The notes: generated from the sequence alone by a model not told the origin. Counted from the stretch's first letter, positions 24,482 through 46,740 are shown. The stretch is 64,000 nucleotides of DNA from the human T2T-CHM13v2.0 reference genome, Homo sapiens (GCF_009914755.1 NC_060929.1), one strand, 5' to 3'. Program-made: numbers and translations.

Positions 24482-25476
24482 ATGGCAAGTAGGGTCTTTC
24501 TTGCAATCTTTGGGTTCTAGATTGTGAAGGAGTTGATTGTCCTCAGTGAATCATAAAAAGTTTTCTTTACCTGGTGAAAATATACTGTGGCATAATAATT
24601 TAGTGTTATAACATCAGTCCTCTTGTATGGGAAAGGTTTTATATAATCAGAAAACATGTATTGAAAATGATGATTTAATGAAATCTCTTTATAAACGTTT
24701 AAATGACCCATCAGGTAGTTGAGTGTACCTGAAGCTTTGACTGTCTTCACAGGAATATGCGTTTGACAAACCAAACATTGGTTATAAACTATTTTAGCAA
24801 TTTATAAGTTACCACACCAATATATTTAATTTGGATTATTTAATCTTTTCCATGATGAGTCATGGAATGCATAACTTTTAGTAACAAAAGTTTTAAGAAC
24901 TCAGGAAAGACAAGGTGGGCTTCTTGGTTCTCCATAAGTCCATGTTTAATTAATATTAGACTTAGGTCTTCTTGAATACCAGTTGTTTTTCTAAATTAGG
25001 TGCATAGTACTGATAACTGATGGATTATCATGGGTAATTTGACTTAGACCATGGAGTTTATTGAATTGTATATTTAAGTGATTTCAGTATCAGTTGATTT
25101 ACCATGAAAATCTGGTAAAGTATTTTCTTGGTATTCAATTAATTTTTGTCTATTTAGGTTAGTAGTTTTATAAACCAGTCAGTCTTTTCATCAAACCGGG
25201 AATTCTTCCCCAGTTTAAATGATATGATTCTAAAGTTATTAGAAACCTGTACTTAAGAGTGTTTTTAGGGTCCTTTTTATCTTTTCTTGAATCTCCTAAA
25301 AGACACCATATTCTGGGATTTTGTGTGTTTGTAAAGTTTTCAGAAACTGCATCAGTATTAAGCAATTAACTGTGGAAATGACTTTAGATAGTTATAGTTA
25401 AAGACACAATTGAGGCCGGGTGTGGTGGCTCAAACCTGTAATCCCAGCACTTTGGGAGGCCGAGGCGGGCGGATCA

Positions 25477-25740
<264 letters not shown>

Positions 25741-26146
25741 TTATTTCTGTGGTCTATGATGACTTAACATAATAACTAATTATGATTGATAGCATATACT
25801 CAGACACATTAGAATTTTAGAAATCCCATACAATTTTGGAACATATGTTAATATTGTTCATTAAAACATAACCTGAAGAAGGTTAAACATTATTTTTATT
25901 TTGACAATGTTTCCCATGTAACTTCGTAGGTTAAATAATCCTGTTTACCTTTCTTTTGGATGTCTTGGGGCCCTCTGTAGTATCCCAAAGTTAGAGGTTA
26001 GATAAGACAATTTTGAAGCTGCAATTTGATTTGAGGGAGTCTGTTAAAGATGTTAAAGGTTTAAAACACTTTATATTATGCTTAACCAGTTTGACCATGA
26101 GGTGAGATTTTTATAAACCTTTTATAACCCTTTACAATGTTTGTGA

Positions 26147-26455
<309 letters not shown>

Positions 26456-27785
26456 TAAGAAAACCCTGTTGTGTTTTTTTTTTCGATGTTCAATTTATGG
26501 AAAACCAAATAATAACCCTTTAAATTTAGCCAGTATGTTCACACACACATTTTTTTTTTGAGACAGAGTCTTGCTCTGTTGCCCAGGCTGGAGTGCAGTG
26601 GCGTGATCGCAGCTCACTGCAAGCTCTGCCTCCCGGATTCATGCCATTCTTCTGCCTCAGCCACCTGAGTAGCTGGGACTACTGGCAGCTACCACTATGC
26701 TCAGCTAATTTTTTGTATTTTTAGTAGAGATGGGGTTTCACCATGTTAGCCAGGATGATCTCAATCTCCTGACCTCGTGATCCACCCACCTCCGCCTCCC
26801 AAACTGCTGGGATTACAGGCGTGAGCCACCGTGCCTGGCTGCACACAGAATTTTTTTTACAAGATTAATTTTTCCACAATTTGCTTCAACTTTTAGATTT
26901 ATGTTATCTAATTTAAAAATCTTTTCATCCTTTAAATCAGGCAAAAATTTACATTCTCATGCCTTTTTATAATCTTTTATGAAAAACATATTTTACTTTC
27001 CTCTCACACCTTGTGCATGAACCTATTTCTCCAGTCTCAATTACATGTTTTATTGGTAACTCTTAACAACTTTTACTTTTGGTGGACAAATTTCCTTTCA
27101 TGAATCCTTTCACGACTTACACAGACCATCTATGACATGTTTGGACTTTGACTTGTCCTGAACATCTCTGTTTTTAAATAACCAGTTATTTTATTTTAGG
27201 ACAATAATTTACTATACAAGGTCTTTCTTATATAAAATCTCTTTTCTTTATAACCTTCTTCGTATAGTTAGGGAGCACTGTTAATTCCACATGTTTGCAG
27301 GCCTTATGTAGAATCTAACACTCCAAAATAAATTGAACAATTTTTAAAAGTCAAGGAAGCAGTTTATGACCTTAAAGAATTTAGTAAAGCTAATATCCAA
27401 TCTGTATAATTTAGATCAAATGTTTTTATTTTGTCAATAATCTTTAAAGCTGTTTTTATTTCCCAAAGAGCACTAAAGTTGTGTGAACTAAAAGACATTA
27501 TAGTTTTTATTTTTTTCAAAATATTTGATTTACGTACTTACTTTTCTTTAAGGCAATTAATTAGAGCTCTTTCATATAAACATTATACACACAACACATA
27601 TATAACTACACAGACAGAAGAAGATTAAGTAGCTGTAATATTTTTTCATTTACATTTTTAAGTTTCTTAATTGGATTACTGGCTTTTGGGTAGAGTCCTT
27701 GGAAGAAACAGCTACGAAAGCATGTAGTTTCTATGGCCTAATAAGTAGGCACAGATGGAGGGCAAAAACAAATCCCCAAAATTAA

Positions 27786-27968
<183 letters not shown>

Positions 27969-29299
27969 TAGTAGAGATGGGGTTTCACCATGTTGGTCAG
28001 GTTGGTCTCGAACTCCTGACCTCATGATTCTCCCACCTTAGCCTCCCAACATGCTGGTATTACAGGTGTGAGCCACTGTGCCCAGCCAAGGGTCTCATTT
28101 TCATATTGTATCCTGGATCCCCCTACAAAGCGAAATGCTATTGGAGAAGACAGTGTAATGTTACTACTATGTATTTCATTATATGGCAACCTAAAGCCAA
28201 TCAATCCATTTTGTAATTAGTCCATCTCCCATGAGAGTCTCATTCTCACTGGGGGTGGAGACATCTCCATACTTCTCAGGTGGCCAAGAGTATGTTTCTC
28301 TGATACAAATGTGTAGAGCTGAGTGTTTCCCCATAACTGTCATTAGACACCCCTAAAAATATATTTGCTACCTAGTTAGTACACACCAAATCTCTTTTAT
28401 AATGTAAAGTAATTTCTGATAACCCCAAAAGTAAAAAATGTCAGATAATGTAATACAAAACAGACCAGAGACTTAGATTTTGAAAGGAGTCTATCCACTT
28501 TCAATTTTGGGGATTTCATGAAGAAAACAGGTTTTTCCAAAAACTGGATCTCTAGCATCTCCTGTTTTTCCCAAAGGGTCTCAGGCTGTTAGGGCTTGAA
28601 TATCTGTTTTTAATTAAGCTGACTTTTAACAATAGTGCTCTTTTTAAAAAATCCTTTTAAATTTCTTTTAAATTACCCTACTTTAGCCAGGTCAAATGGC
28701 CAATATTTCTGACTTTTAAACTTTACCAAGTAACCTTACAGGTGTTCTGAGAAAGGAAAATTCAAGATGGTTACAGAAGGGGAAGACAATCAACAAATGG
28801 TAATGGTTATGCAGATATTAAACAAGAAAGGACTTATTTTCTAAGTCAGGAATTGAACCTGGGCTGTCACTATGAAAGGACAAAATCTTAGTTACTGAGT
28901 TACAGCACTGGGTGGTTTATATTGCCCTTTCCGGAAGGAGTCTAGAGTAGTTAATTTTGAGCTTGTAAAGGCTTTTAACTACTTAAGGTAATTTTTAGAG
29001 TTAACTATGACATGAACTTTAAAATTCTTCTTCCTTGGAAGGCGGAGACCAAGAGAAAGTACCGCCATGTTCTCACAAAGTCAAATTCCCGAGGACATAA
29101 AACAAGATGGAGACCTCATCCAGTTTTCTTGTTTGTTTATTTCAGTAAAGTTTGTTATTAACCAGTTTGTTGAGCCATCTTGAGCAGCGGGCTTATGGGG
29201 TTTTAAGCCCATGTTCTATCCTAAACAACTCCTCTTGGCTGGACGCGGTGGCTCACGCCTGTAATCCCAGCACTTTGGGAGGCCAAGGCGGGTGGATCA

Positions 29300-29536
<237 letters not shown>

Positions 29537-30522
29537 TTATGACAGAACGATATAGGAAGACACATAAAGCTTACCAGATTGGCTATAGTTCAAGAGTAGC
29601 CTCATAAATCCTTTTTTCATTAATCAAAACTTCACAGGAGATAATGATTTTTATCATTCATTCAACCAGTTTGTACAGGGAGAGAGAGGCAGCAGTCTGA
29701 CTGGTAAGAAATTTTTACTCTTTTGCTGACATGTCGGGCTTCCGGGTTCCCTTTCCCCAAGTGGCCCTAGTGACCTGCTGGCTGCACCACGGCCCTGGGG
29801 GCCAAGCTGCAACACAAAGGAAAATAATATTTTTTCTGTCTCATGGAACCACAGGCAAAAGCCTCTCAATTTTGCAAGTTGCCACCCAAGTGGCTGCATG
29901 GAGGCATCAAATATTAAACTGGCAAGGCTCTGTCATCTTTAACCCATTTTTAACCAAAAGGGACTTTACTGAGCGGAGGGCCTCTAACCCAGTGCCATTC
30001 TTTACTCGGGTAAAATGTACCCCATTACTTATTCAAAGTCAGTCAGTTGGTGCTGCAGTCTATTTCCTTTAGATGGGGATAGTAACTAAGTTAAAAGGTT
30101 AGCAGATTTTAATTTTTGGGAGTCCTCATTTTTAAATGTACTTCAGTCTGTCGTGGTTCATTCAGAATGTTCCACTGTAAGTTACCTTTAGTAAGATTTC
30201 ATCATTTCTGTAAGACTATGCTGTTTTCTGTGTTTAACGTGTAAGTTGGAAGGAGCTCAGTTTTCCAGAAATTAAGGATCCCACCTTTACCTAAAATATT
30301 GGCTTTACTCTCAGGTGCCCTTGATTAACTCAGTCAATGATTTTTTTTTTTTTTGCTACCTGAGCATATAAGAAAAATGAAACAAAGGGGTAGAACGCAA
30401 ACATCCCCGTGAATTTTTAAAAGTCAAATCTTACACCCCCTGTAATATTACCATTTACCACCAGTTTCTTTCTGATTCAGTCAGTTGTAAGAGGCATCTC
30501 ACTGGATCCAAGCCAAGTAATT

Positions 30523-30539
30523 ATCCACTTCTGGTACCA
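30523..30539 (-). other. Primer-binding site of the MER57 provirus (tRNA-Leu-like)
   Basis: Minus strand TGGTACCAGAAGTGGAT lies 2 nt after the LTR end and resembles the complement of the tRNA-Leu(CAA) 3' end (TGGTGTCAGAAGTGGGAT). Confidence 0.65.
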
Positions 30540-30541
30540 TC

Positions 30542-30702
30542 TGTTAAAAGAAAAAATTCAGCCAAATTAAATTTAAGGGAGTTTAATTGAGCAATGAATG
30601 ATTCACGAATCGAGCAGCCCCCAGAATCACAGCAGATTCAGAGAGACTCCAGCACAGCCAAGTGGTGGAAGAAGATTTATAGACAAAAATGGGAAGTGAC
30701 AC
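30542..30702 (-). mobile_element. MER57 5' LTR, truncated (only the 3' about 160 bp remain)
   Basis: Direct repeat of 21428-21590 (...AATTAAATTTAA...GAGTTTAATTGAGCAA...GATTCAGAGAGA...GATTTATAGACAA); similarity stops abruptly at about 30702. Confidence 0.85.
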
Positions 30703-31610
30703 CTATGGGTGATGGGACTAGGCATGTGCAGGTTCATGGGACATAGAGAACCTTTTTCTTCCCAAAGGGGGAAACTTGAGAGCTAATGGGATGCTGGAGA
30801 AGATCTCTTTGCTAGTGACAAGTGGCTGTCTGACTTTTGATTCAGCGTTGCTGCAGAGGGTGGGTGTTTCTCTGACCTTGCCTTCCCCACCCTGCGGCAG
30901 GCAATGCTTTTTTCCCTTTCTCTATTTTTTCTATTACTGAGGGCAATTGTCTGCTCTTTGATCTTGCCCAGAGACCACATGCTGAAATTCCTGGTCAGAA
31001 GGTCATTTCACCCCACTCTGAGTGGCTTGAGTTTGTAACCATGTGGCAGTACTTTCTTTTGGTCTCTGCCATTCAGTGGACCACAAATTTGGAATTCATG
31101 TCATAGTAAGCTCTAAAGATTATCTTGAGCAGTTAAAAGTCATTGCAAGCTCAAAATTGGCTGCTCTAAGCCCCTTCTGGGAAGAGCAATGGCAACTGCC
31201 CAATGCTGTAACCTGTGAGGTTACTTTTGGTAAAATTCAAAAGCCAGAAATATTGGCAGTGTAGCCTGGCTAAAGTCAGGCAATAAGAGATTTAAGAGGA
31301 CTTTTTTTTTTTAAGAGCTCTATGGATAAAAGTCAGCTTATTCAAGCTGTAACAGTCTGGGACTCCTTGGGAAAAACAGAGGAGGTGCTACAGACCCTGT
31401 TTTGAGAAAAACATCTGTTTTCCTCATGAAATCCCGGGAATTAGAAGTGAATAGATCCTTCTCAAAATCTAAGGCTCTGTTCTGTTTTGCTTTGCGTTAT
31501 CTGTCGTTTTTTATTTTGGGGGGTATCAGAAATTATTTTACATTATGAGAGTGCTTTGATATGTAATAGCTAGGTAGGAAATATACTTTGGGGATGGCTA
31601 ATGGCAGTTA

Positions 31611-32102
<492 letters not shown>

Positions 32103-32230
32103 TCAGTATAAAAATGGGACCCTTCATTTTGGGGGTCTGTTTTTGTCTTCCAGCTGTGCCTGTCATAGAAACTGTATGCTTTCCTGGCCTTTCCCTCCAA
32201 GGGCTCTACCCTGAAGCCCATAATCCAATT

Positions 32231-33193
<963 letters not shown>

Positions 33194-33381
33194 CTATTTA
33201 TATGTGCTGTGTGTGATGTTTATATATGAAAGAGCTGATTAATTGGCTTATAAAATAAGAAGAGCTTAATTCAAATATTTTGTCAGAAAAGTAAAAGGTG
33301 CAATGTCTTTTAGTTCATGTGACTTAAGTAATTTTTGGGAAGTAAAAACAGTTTTACATGCAAGGTGTGTAAGAAAAGTGA

Positions 33382-33697
<316 letters not shown>

Positions 33698-33901
33698 TAG
33701 CCAGGATGGTCTTGATCTCCTGACCTCATGATCCGCCTGCTTCAGCCTCCCAAAGTGCTGGGATTATAGGCATGAGCCACTGCACTCACCCCAAGTAAAA
33801 TATTTTAAGAAGGCATGGGAATGTGGGGTTTTTTTTTTTTGCTTAAAGGGTTAAATGATTGTTTCAAGTTAGGATAAATCTGAAGGTTTGTGAAAAATTA
33901 A

Positions 33902-34237
<336 letters not shown>

Positions 34238-35631
34238 TAAGAATTGGGTTTAACATTAATAGTACATTAATGCAAAGCTGAAACTGGTTTATTTGGTATA
34301 AAAATCATATAGGAAGCATTGCCAAATATGAAATGGTGGCTTTCTTTGCACTATATTTGTATAAATACATTATTGGTATGTGTTCCAAAATTATGGGAAA
34401 CTCCTATAATTCTGATATGACATAGTGTATGTTATTAATAATTATAATTGTTATGTAAAATTATTGTGTACCATAGAGGTAACCAAAATTCCTAATCCAT
34501 TGTGGCTTAAATAATGGCTGGTCTAAGAGTTTTTGTCATCCACAGACTATTGTTGTTTTGTTTTAATCCTCTTCAAAAGGTGGTGTATAATTAGCTGTAG
34601 GACTTTGACAAGTGCTGTTGAATGCAGGTTCCTGACAACTTTGAAGACTGTGACACTAGAATAGAGGAAAAAACTTTCAGGACTCTCATGGAGAGTTGAA
34701 ATGTTCATGAATATCAACAGAAGTTAACTTCAAGGACTGAACTAATGGAAGACTGAAGTAATCTTTTTTGACCTTTTGCTTAAAATATTGCTAATCCTTT
34801 GTTTTGTTTTTCGGAGTCAAGACAACTTTTCTTTTGAGCTATTTACAGCTTTTAACAATTGAGTAAAGTATATTCCCATGAACAAAATTTGGAGTATATT
34901 TGTTTTCTCTCTACCTGATTTATCTTTTCAAAAAAGCTTATTTTTGCAAGCAAATCGGTCTTAGTATGATTTGTCTTTAGTAAAAATGGAAGACTGGAAA
35001 GAGAAAAAAATCAGGTTTCAAGAACAATGGTACACCTGTGATTAGATTCTAGTCTCATCAGTATTTTTTAAGTTTTTTTTTATTCTGCAATTTAGACCGA
35101 CTGCTTATTCCTGTGAACCAACCAGTGATCTTTGGCTACAGCTTAGAAGAAACAAGAGAGATGGATGGGTACTGTGAAAAAAGTCTGGATAAGTATTCTA
35201 ATTCTAGGCACATATTGGAATCAGCTGGCAACCCTGTATCAGTTTGGTTCCAACAGTTGCCCAGTTCATGGAAAGTCTTCTATTTAGTTTACTTGGGATA
35301 ATTTTACTTATTTTGCTTTACTGTTGTGGAATATATTGCTGTTGTACTCTTTGTGTAGGAATGCAGGATAAGCTTACTGAATGTTTTCTTAAATTGAACA
35401 CTTATTAATCTTCTAGATATTACCTTTTGTTGGAACTCAAAGTTATGAATGGCCCTCACCATACTGATGCTTTCTTACTGAGTGCCTCTCTACCACAAAT
35501 ACAAGAGACCCTAATTTGTTAACCAGGAATATCATTGCCCTTACTCACCCTGAAGAAGTTACAGAAGATGGATCTTTGTCCCTCTAGAACTCAGGATTAA
35601 GGGTTTTCTTATAAAAGGCAGGGGGAAAATA

Positions 35632-36248
35632 TGTCAGAGGCATTCAAACCAGAGCAACTCCATCTTGAATAGAAGCTGGGTAAAATAAGGCTATGGGCCT
35701 ATGGGCCTGCATTTTCAGGAGGTTAGGTATTTGTAGTCACAGGAAGAGATAGGAGGTTGGCACAAGATACAGGTAACAAAGACTTTGCTGATAAAACAGC
35801 ATGCAGTAAAGAAGCTGGCCAAATCCTACCAAAACAAAGATGGTGATGAAAGTGACCTTTGGTCATCCTCACTGCTCATTATACATTAATTATAATGCAT
35901 TAACGTGCTTAAAGACACTCCTACCAGCACCATGACAGTTTACAAATGCCATGGCAATGTCAGGAAGTTGCCCTACATGGTCTAAAAATGGGAGAAACCC
36001 TCAGTTCCAGGAATTGCCCACCCCTTTCCCAGAAAACTCATAAATAATCCACCCTTTGTTTAGCATATAATCAAGAAGTAACAATAAGTATAAGCAGTTG
36101 AGCAGCCCAGGCTGCTGCTCTGCCTATGGAGTAGCCATTCTTTATCCCTTTACTTTCCTAATAAACTTGTTTTCACCTTACTCTATGGACTTGCCCCGAA
36201 TTCTTTCTCATGTGAGATCCAAGAAATTGGGACCCCTTTCCAGTAACA
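35632..36248 (+). mobile_element. MER41B LTR (3' LTR)
   Basis: Starts TGTCAGAGGCATTCAAACCAGAGCAACTCCATCTTGAATAG and ends GGGACCCCTTTCCAGTAACA. Contains the MER41B-type segment AACCCTCAGTTCCAGGAATTGCCCACCCCTTTCCCAGAAAAC; AATAAA at 36160-36165. Confidence 0.88.
36005..36034. promoter_or_regulatory. Tandem GAS (STAT1) motifs in MER41B
   Basis: TTCCAGGAA 36005-36013 and TTCCCAGAA 36026-36034, both matching TTCN3GAA. The motifs are certain; function is inferred. Confidence 0.6.
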
Positions 36249-36859
36249 ATACAATTAGAAATTTTGTCATCTAGAAATATCTTATTTTCCTTTTAGCTCA
36301 TCTATGTTTTCTTCTTCTTCAACTCCCAATGCCCTTTCTTCTACCTCTTTCTCTTAGTCCAGAGAGCAGACAGGATGACAGGCAGGCTACTCCAACGTGA
36401 CTGAGATTTTCAGAAGGTAATGGATTTGGTCTCTCCAATGAAAGGATGGATTTTCTTAAGGCTGTAGCTTGCTTAAATTTCAGGCCTTCTTCCTGATATT
36501 TCTTTTGAAAAAAATCAGTGAAGAAAGTGCAAGTGTTTCTCTGTGGCTGTCTGTTACATTAAGTAGAGGAGCATTAAATATCCTAATGTATAGGAAATAC
36601 CTGATTACAGAATTTAAAAATTTAGAATGGAAAATAACTAGAGATTGTTCCCAAACTTAACAGATACGGTTCCATGTTAAAGTTGGAAGAATACATAGGT
36701 AAAATGTCTGGGGTCTGAGATATAATAAAATCAAATGCCAACAGGGCTAGCCTGGTAGACAAATAGGAAATGATGGAGGCTGTGGTAAACTGTTCAGAAC
36801 AGGTTATGTCTAAAATTTATCTTCTAAAGGGAGTGGCCCCTACTCTCAGCTTTAGCTAA

Positions 36860-41522
<4,663 letters not shown>

Positions 41523-41633
41523 AGCATTCTTCCAAGAGAATTGTTGAGGAACGAAATTCTAAAGGAGAGTAAAATGAGGCCCAGAGAAATTTACAAAGGG
41601 AAAAAAAGCCTTGTCCAAGTTAAACAGACAGTA

Positions 41634-41825
41634 CAGGTTGAGCATATCTTAGCTGAAATGCTTGGGACCAGAAGTGTTTTGGATTGTGGAATATTTCTAT
41701 CAGTTGAGTATCCCTAATCTGAAAATCTGAAATGGTCCAATGAGCATTTCCTTTGAATGTCATGTAGGCCCTCAAAAAGTTTCAGATTTTGACAATTTTC
41801 AGATTTTTAGATTAGATAATCTGTG
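41634..41825. mobile_element. Tigger4/MER46-like DNA transposon remnant
   Basis: TA|CAGGTTGAGCAT...GAAATGCTTGGGACCAGAAGTGTTTTGGAT...ATGAGCATTTCCTTTGAATGTCATG. Confidence 0.7.
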
Positions 41826-42076
41826 TGTGATGAATCTGGGAGAAAAGTCTGAGTCTCCTGTTCTATTTCCCCTGTGGTCTCCTACAGTTTCCTGGCCCTC
41901 TTAAGACTTTGGGGGAAGATTCTGACCCTCTAAGACTTTGGGGGTAGATTCTGACCCTAGAAAGAAATTAAGCCAATATAGTATTGAATTACAAAATTTT
42001 CTGAAAATTATGTGCTTAGACAACAAACATTTGTCAGGAATAACAAGATGCAGTACTCAATAAATTTGAATATGAT

Positions 42077-42082
42077 TTTACT
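42077..42082 (-). terminator. ZFR: Candidate distal polyadenylation signal AGTAAA
   Basis: TTTACT on the plus strand near the end of the unique UTR-like block; GU/U-rich element downstream on the minus strand. Confidence 0.5.
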
Positions 42083-42725
42083 GAAGCATACATCATTTCA
42101 AAGCAAAAGTAGTTTATGTTGTCAATTCTAACATATAATACATTTAAGTCATTATATGAATTTCATTTTTTGTGTATTTCACTGTAGTGCTGTGACAACA
42201 AAATGACATCTGTGTACCAGAGCATACATATATCAACAGTAAGATGTAATTTTTCATTACATCACTGCTAGAATATTTAGCTTTGTGTAGGAGACATAAG
42301 CAGGTAAGATGGCCACACCAAATAATTTTCTGTTTTTTTCCTTAGATAATTTTTTATCAGTAATACTTTATCAACCTCACTGTTAACAGAACTGTAAATT
42401 ATCTGGGTGATGGGGTGTGTGGAGAAGATCATCTGTGTTATACTGTAATAGTTGCTAGAGTAATCTCACACACACCAATAAGGAACTGTCACCATAATTA
42501 AGGGCTAGTTACTGTTGTTAGTTGTACAATGATGAAGTTCTTTTGAAAATATTGGTTAGCCCACTTATATGTGAAAAATGCCCTTTCCACTTATACACAA
42601 GAAAAAAATATTCAGAAAGTTATTTTTGGCCTTGCTATGTCAAAAAGTCAACTGTACAAAGATCTACGTGTTAAACCTAAAATTATGATTTTAAAAGTCT
42701 ATTAAAAACAAGAATGTCATGCATT

Positions 42726-42731
42726 TTTATT
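42726..42731 (-). terminator. ZFR: Candidate proximal polyadenylation signal AATAAA
   Basis: TTTATT on the plus strand, followed on the minus strand by U-rich sequence. Confidence 0.55.
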
Positions 42732-43470
42732 ATCAATTATGCAGAGGCTTTAAAACTGTTGCAAGACCATATAGTATATATTAGCTTTTATACTGCTAAT
42801 GCACAACTAACAGCAAACTTGATTAGATTAACAGAACTCTGTCTTAATTACACCTTTATATATCACACTAGAGACAAATGCCACAAGATCTGCAGAAACA
42901 TTCAGTTCTGAGCACTCGAATGGCAGGATAACTTTTTGTGTTGTAATCCTTCACATATAGAAAAACAAACTCTGCAGTCTCACGTTACAAAAAAACGTAC
43001 TGCTGTAAAATATTAAGAAGGGGTAAAGGATACCATCTATAACAAAGTAACTTACAACTAGTGTCAAAAAGCAAACAAAACCTCTAAATTAAAATATCAA
43101 AATACACAGAGCAACTGAAGCACACATCCTGCATTAAATACAGTGAAGATTTAATAAGACAATGCACTAGTTAATAAAAGACACAAAAATAGGGGGGGAA
43201 GCTAGGGCAACCAGAAAATAAAATAAAAATAATGGGAAAAAATCGGAACTACTGTTTTCCCCCTAGTCGGAGCACATTTTTTTTTTTGGGTGTCTTTCCA
43301 TTCAAATAATACCTAACACTGTACATTTTTTAATATCATAGAAAAACTTGGTTCTTCCATGAAATCCTTTAAATTCTTGATAAATTTTTCAATGTAGACA
43401 TTATTATGAATGAAAAACAGCCAACAAATGGGCATCTGTTTTTTTAACACTGAAGATTTACAGACACTTT

Positions 43471-43650
43471 TTAAAAGTTATCATAATCTTTTTTGTCTTT
43501 TTTCCCCTCAGCTTCAAATCCATCAACTCCATCACTATCTCTTCTTCGTTTCCTGTTGTTGTGGATGTTAAAACGTTGGCTCATTTGCGGTAATGGATCC
43601 ATGCCTAGAACTTTGTGTATCTGGCGGAATGCAAGGAGTCTCAATGCAAA
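43471..43650 (-). CDS. ZFR: Zinc finger RNA-binding protein, last coding exon (end of DZF domain, basic NLS-like RKRRR)
   Basis: Acceptor TTGCAG| at 43651-43652; encodes [22 protein letters not shown]...[10 protein letters not shown]...KKDYDNF* (59 aa + TAA), matching the ZFR C-terminus and in phase with the upstream exon. Confidence 0.96.
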   Translation of the reverse strand, partial: FALRLLAFRQIHKVLGMDPLPQMSQRFNIHNNRKRRRDSDGVDGFEAEGKKDKKDYDNF

Positions 43651-44098
43651 CTGCAACAAAGAGAGTCAGAATTTTGAGTTAATTGAAAAACCCCAAGTAG
43701 TAATACTTACTACATTTACCTCCCTCCAAATGCAACCTAAAAAAGCATGTGTAATGAAAGAAACATTTAAAGGAATTACTTTCACAACTGAAATAATCTG
43801 TATGTTCTCATGTTTTTATTTCCTAGCTTTTCTGTGTGCATGCCATTTTGTTATCTTAAACATTAAGTAAAAAAAAACCAAAAAACTTTAACACACACAC
43901 AAAATTACAAAAATTATGAGAAGTGACATCAAAGAAACAAGCAGGATGTTGAAAACAAAGAAAAATGGGAGCTACCTGCTTTAACAGAATGGTTGCTGAT
44001 GGCTTTCCTAGGCATTTGGTAGACAGTATGTAACTTAAGAACTGTAATTATACTCATGTGGATGTACCAAACTTATTTACCTAATTTTCTACTGGTAA

Positions 44099-44365
<267 letters not shown>

Positions 44366-44696
44366 TGATCCGCCCGCCTCGGCCTCCCAAAGTTCTGGGA
44401 TTACAGGCGTGAGCCACTGCGCCCGGCCTCCAAGTATTTTTATTACTGTATTACAATGAATGCTTGTTTTAAGATGTTTCTGTGCACTTAATGTGACAAG
44501 TTCTGGAGAAAGAACTTTTATTAATCAGTGGGACCGCTGAACATATAAAAGTGATGAGTACTAACAAATGAAGCTCCCCAAAATTTATACTGATTAATAT
44601 ATCCACTAGTAATATGTATGCAAGTCTGCTTCCCCCTTCTGGATACTATAAACAGAAAAATATTCTCACAAGTATGATGGGCAAAACAGTATCTAA

Positions 44697-44966
<270 letters not shown>

Positions 44967-44995
44967 TAACTTGTATTTATTTATTTATTTTTTGA

Positions 44996-45139
<144 letters not shown>

Positions 45140-45688
45140 TAACTTTTGTATTTTTAGTAGAGATGGGGTTTCACCATGTTGGCCAGGCTGGTCTTGAACT
45201 CCTGACCTCCGGAGATCGGCCTGCCTTGGCCTCCCGAAGTGCTGGGATTACAGGTGTGGGCCACCAGGGCCAGCCAACTTGTATTTTTTAATCAATCAGT
45301 GAGGTGCAGCATATTTTTGCTGGCTCATTTCCTTAAGTTTAAAGATACCATATGAAATTTCCAATAATATCCTTCATGACTTCCTGTATTTACAGCCTTC
45401 TTAAAAAGATCTTGCCTATGTAAAAATTATATTTTTCTTAATACTTTGATAATTTATGTGTGGCTCCTTAAGTCAGCTGGCATTTACTTGTATGTATGTA
45501 TAGCTTAATTTTTTCCTTAGATGATTAGCCAGTTATCTCAATACCACTTTGCTGATGATTCATCTTTTTCCACTGATTTGAAGCATCAGGTCTGTCATAC
45601 ATTAATTCCCTTATATCTAATGGTCTACTTCAAGGTTCTTCCATTCCAAAGGTTTATCTGTCTACTTCTGTGCCATAACTACAGTTTA

Positions 45689-46084
<396 letters not shown>

Positions 46085-46740
46085 TTAAGGCCGGGCGCGG
46101 TGGCGCAAGCCTGTAATCCTAGCACTTTGGGAGGCCTAGACCGGCGCATCACGAGGTCAGGAGATCCAGACCATCCTGGCTAACACGGTGAAACCCCGTC
46201 TCTACTAAAAATACAAAAAATTAGCCGGGCTTGGTGGCGGGTGCCTATAGTCCCAGCTACTCGGGAGGCAGAGGCAGAATGGCATGAACCCCGGAGGCGG
46301 CTGCACTCCAGCCTGGGCGACACGGCGAGACTCCGTCTCAAAGAAAAAAAAAAATTTAAATCAATTTTTAAAGTTCTATCCTCTTCTCCCTCTGAAATTT
46401 TAATTAACTTTTTTTTTAAATTAAAAAAAAAAGGGGAGGGGGGAAGTTCAGACCAAATGTTAATTAATCGTCTTGGCTGAAGGGCATATCGAACTATCAG
46501 CAGAACTGAGAGCCAAAAAGAGCCTACTGTTTTCCAAGATAAGGGAAGGGAAGGCAAACTTTGGCACTGAATCATATCATCTTATCTTGTGCTTTTACTT
46601 CATTTTTCTTTTATTAAAATTTATTAAAATCTATTAAAATTCTAAAGCTTAGCCAGGCATGGTGGCTAAGCACTTTGGGAGGTGGAGGTGGGAAGATCAC
46701 TTGAGCCCAGCCTGGGAAACATAAGGAGACCCTGTCTCTA

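Larger units (their letters stand above)
42060..43470 (-). other. ZFR: ZFR 3' UTR (distal end approximate)
   Basis: Repeat-free, AU-rich sequence after the stop codon. PolyA signals on the minus strand: AATAAA 42726-42731 and AGTAAA 42077-42082. Repeats resume left of about 41830. Confidence 0.75.

Noticed and set aside
43493-43870. 125-aa plus-strand ORF
   Set aside because: Antisense shadow of the ZFR last exon with a non-ATG start.
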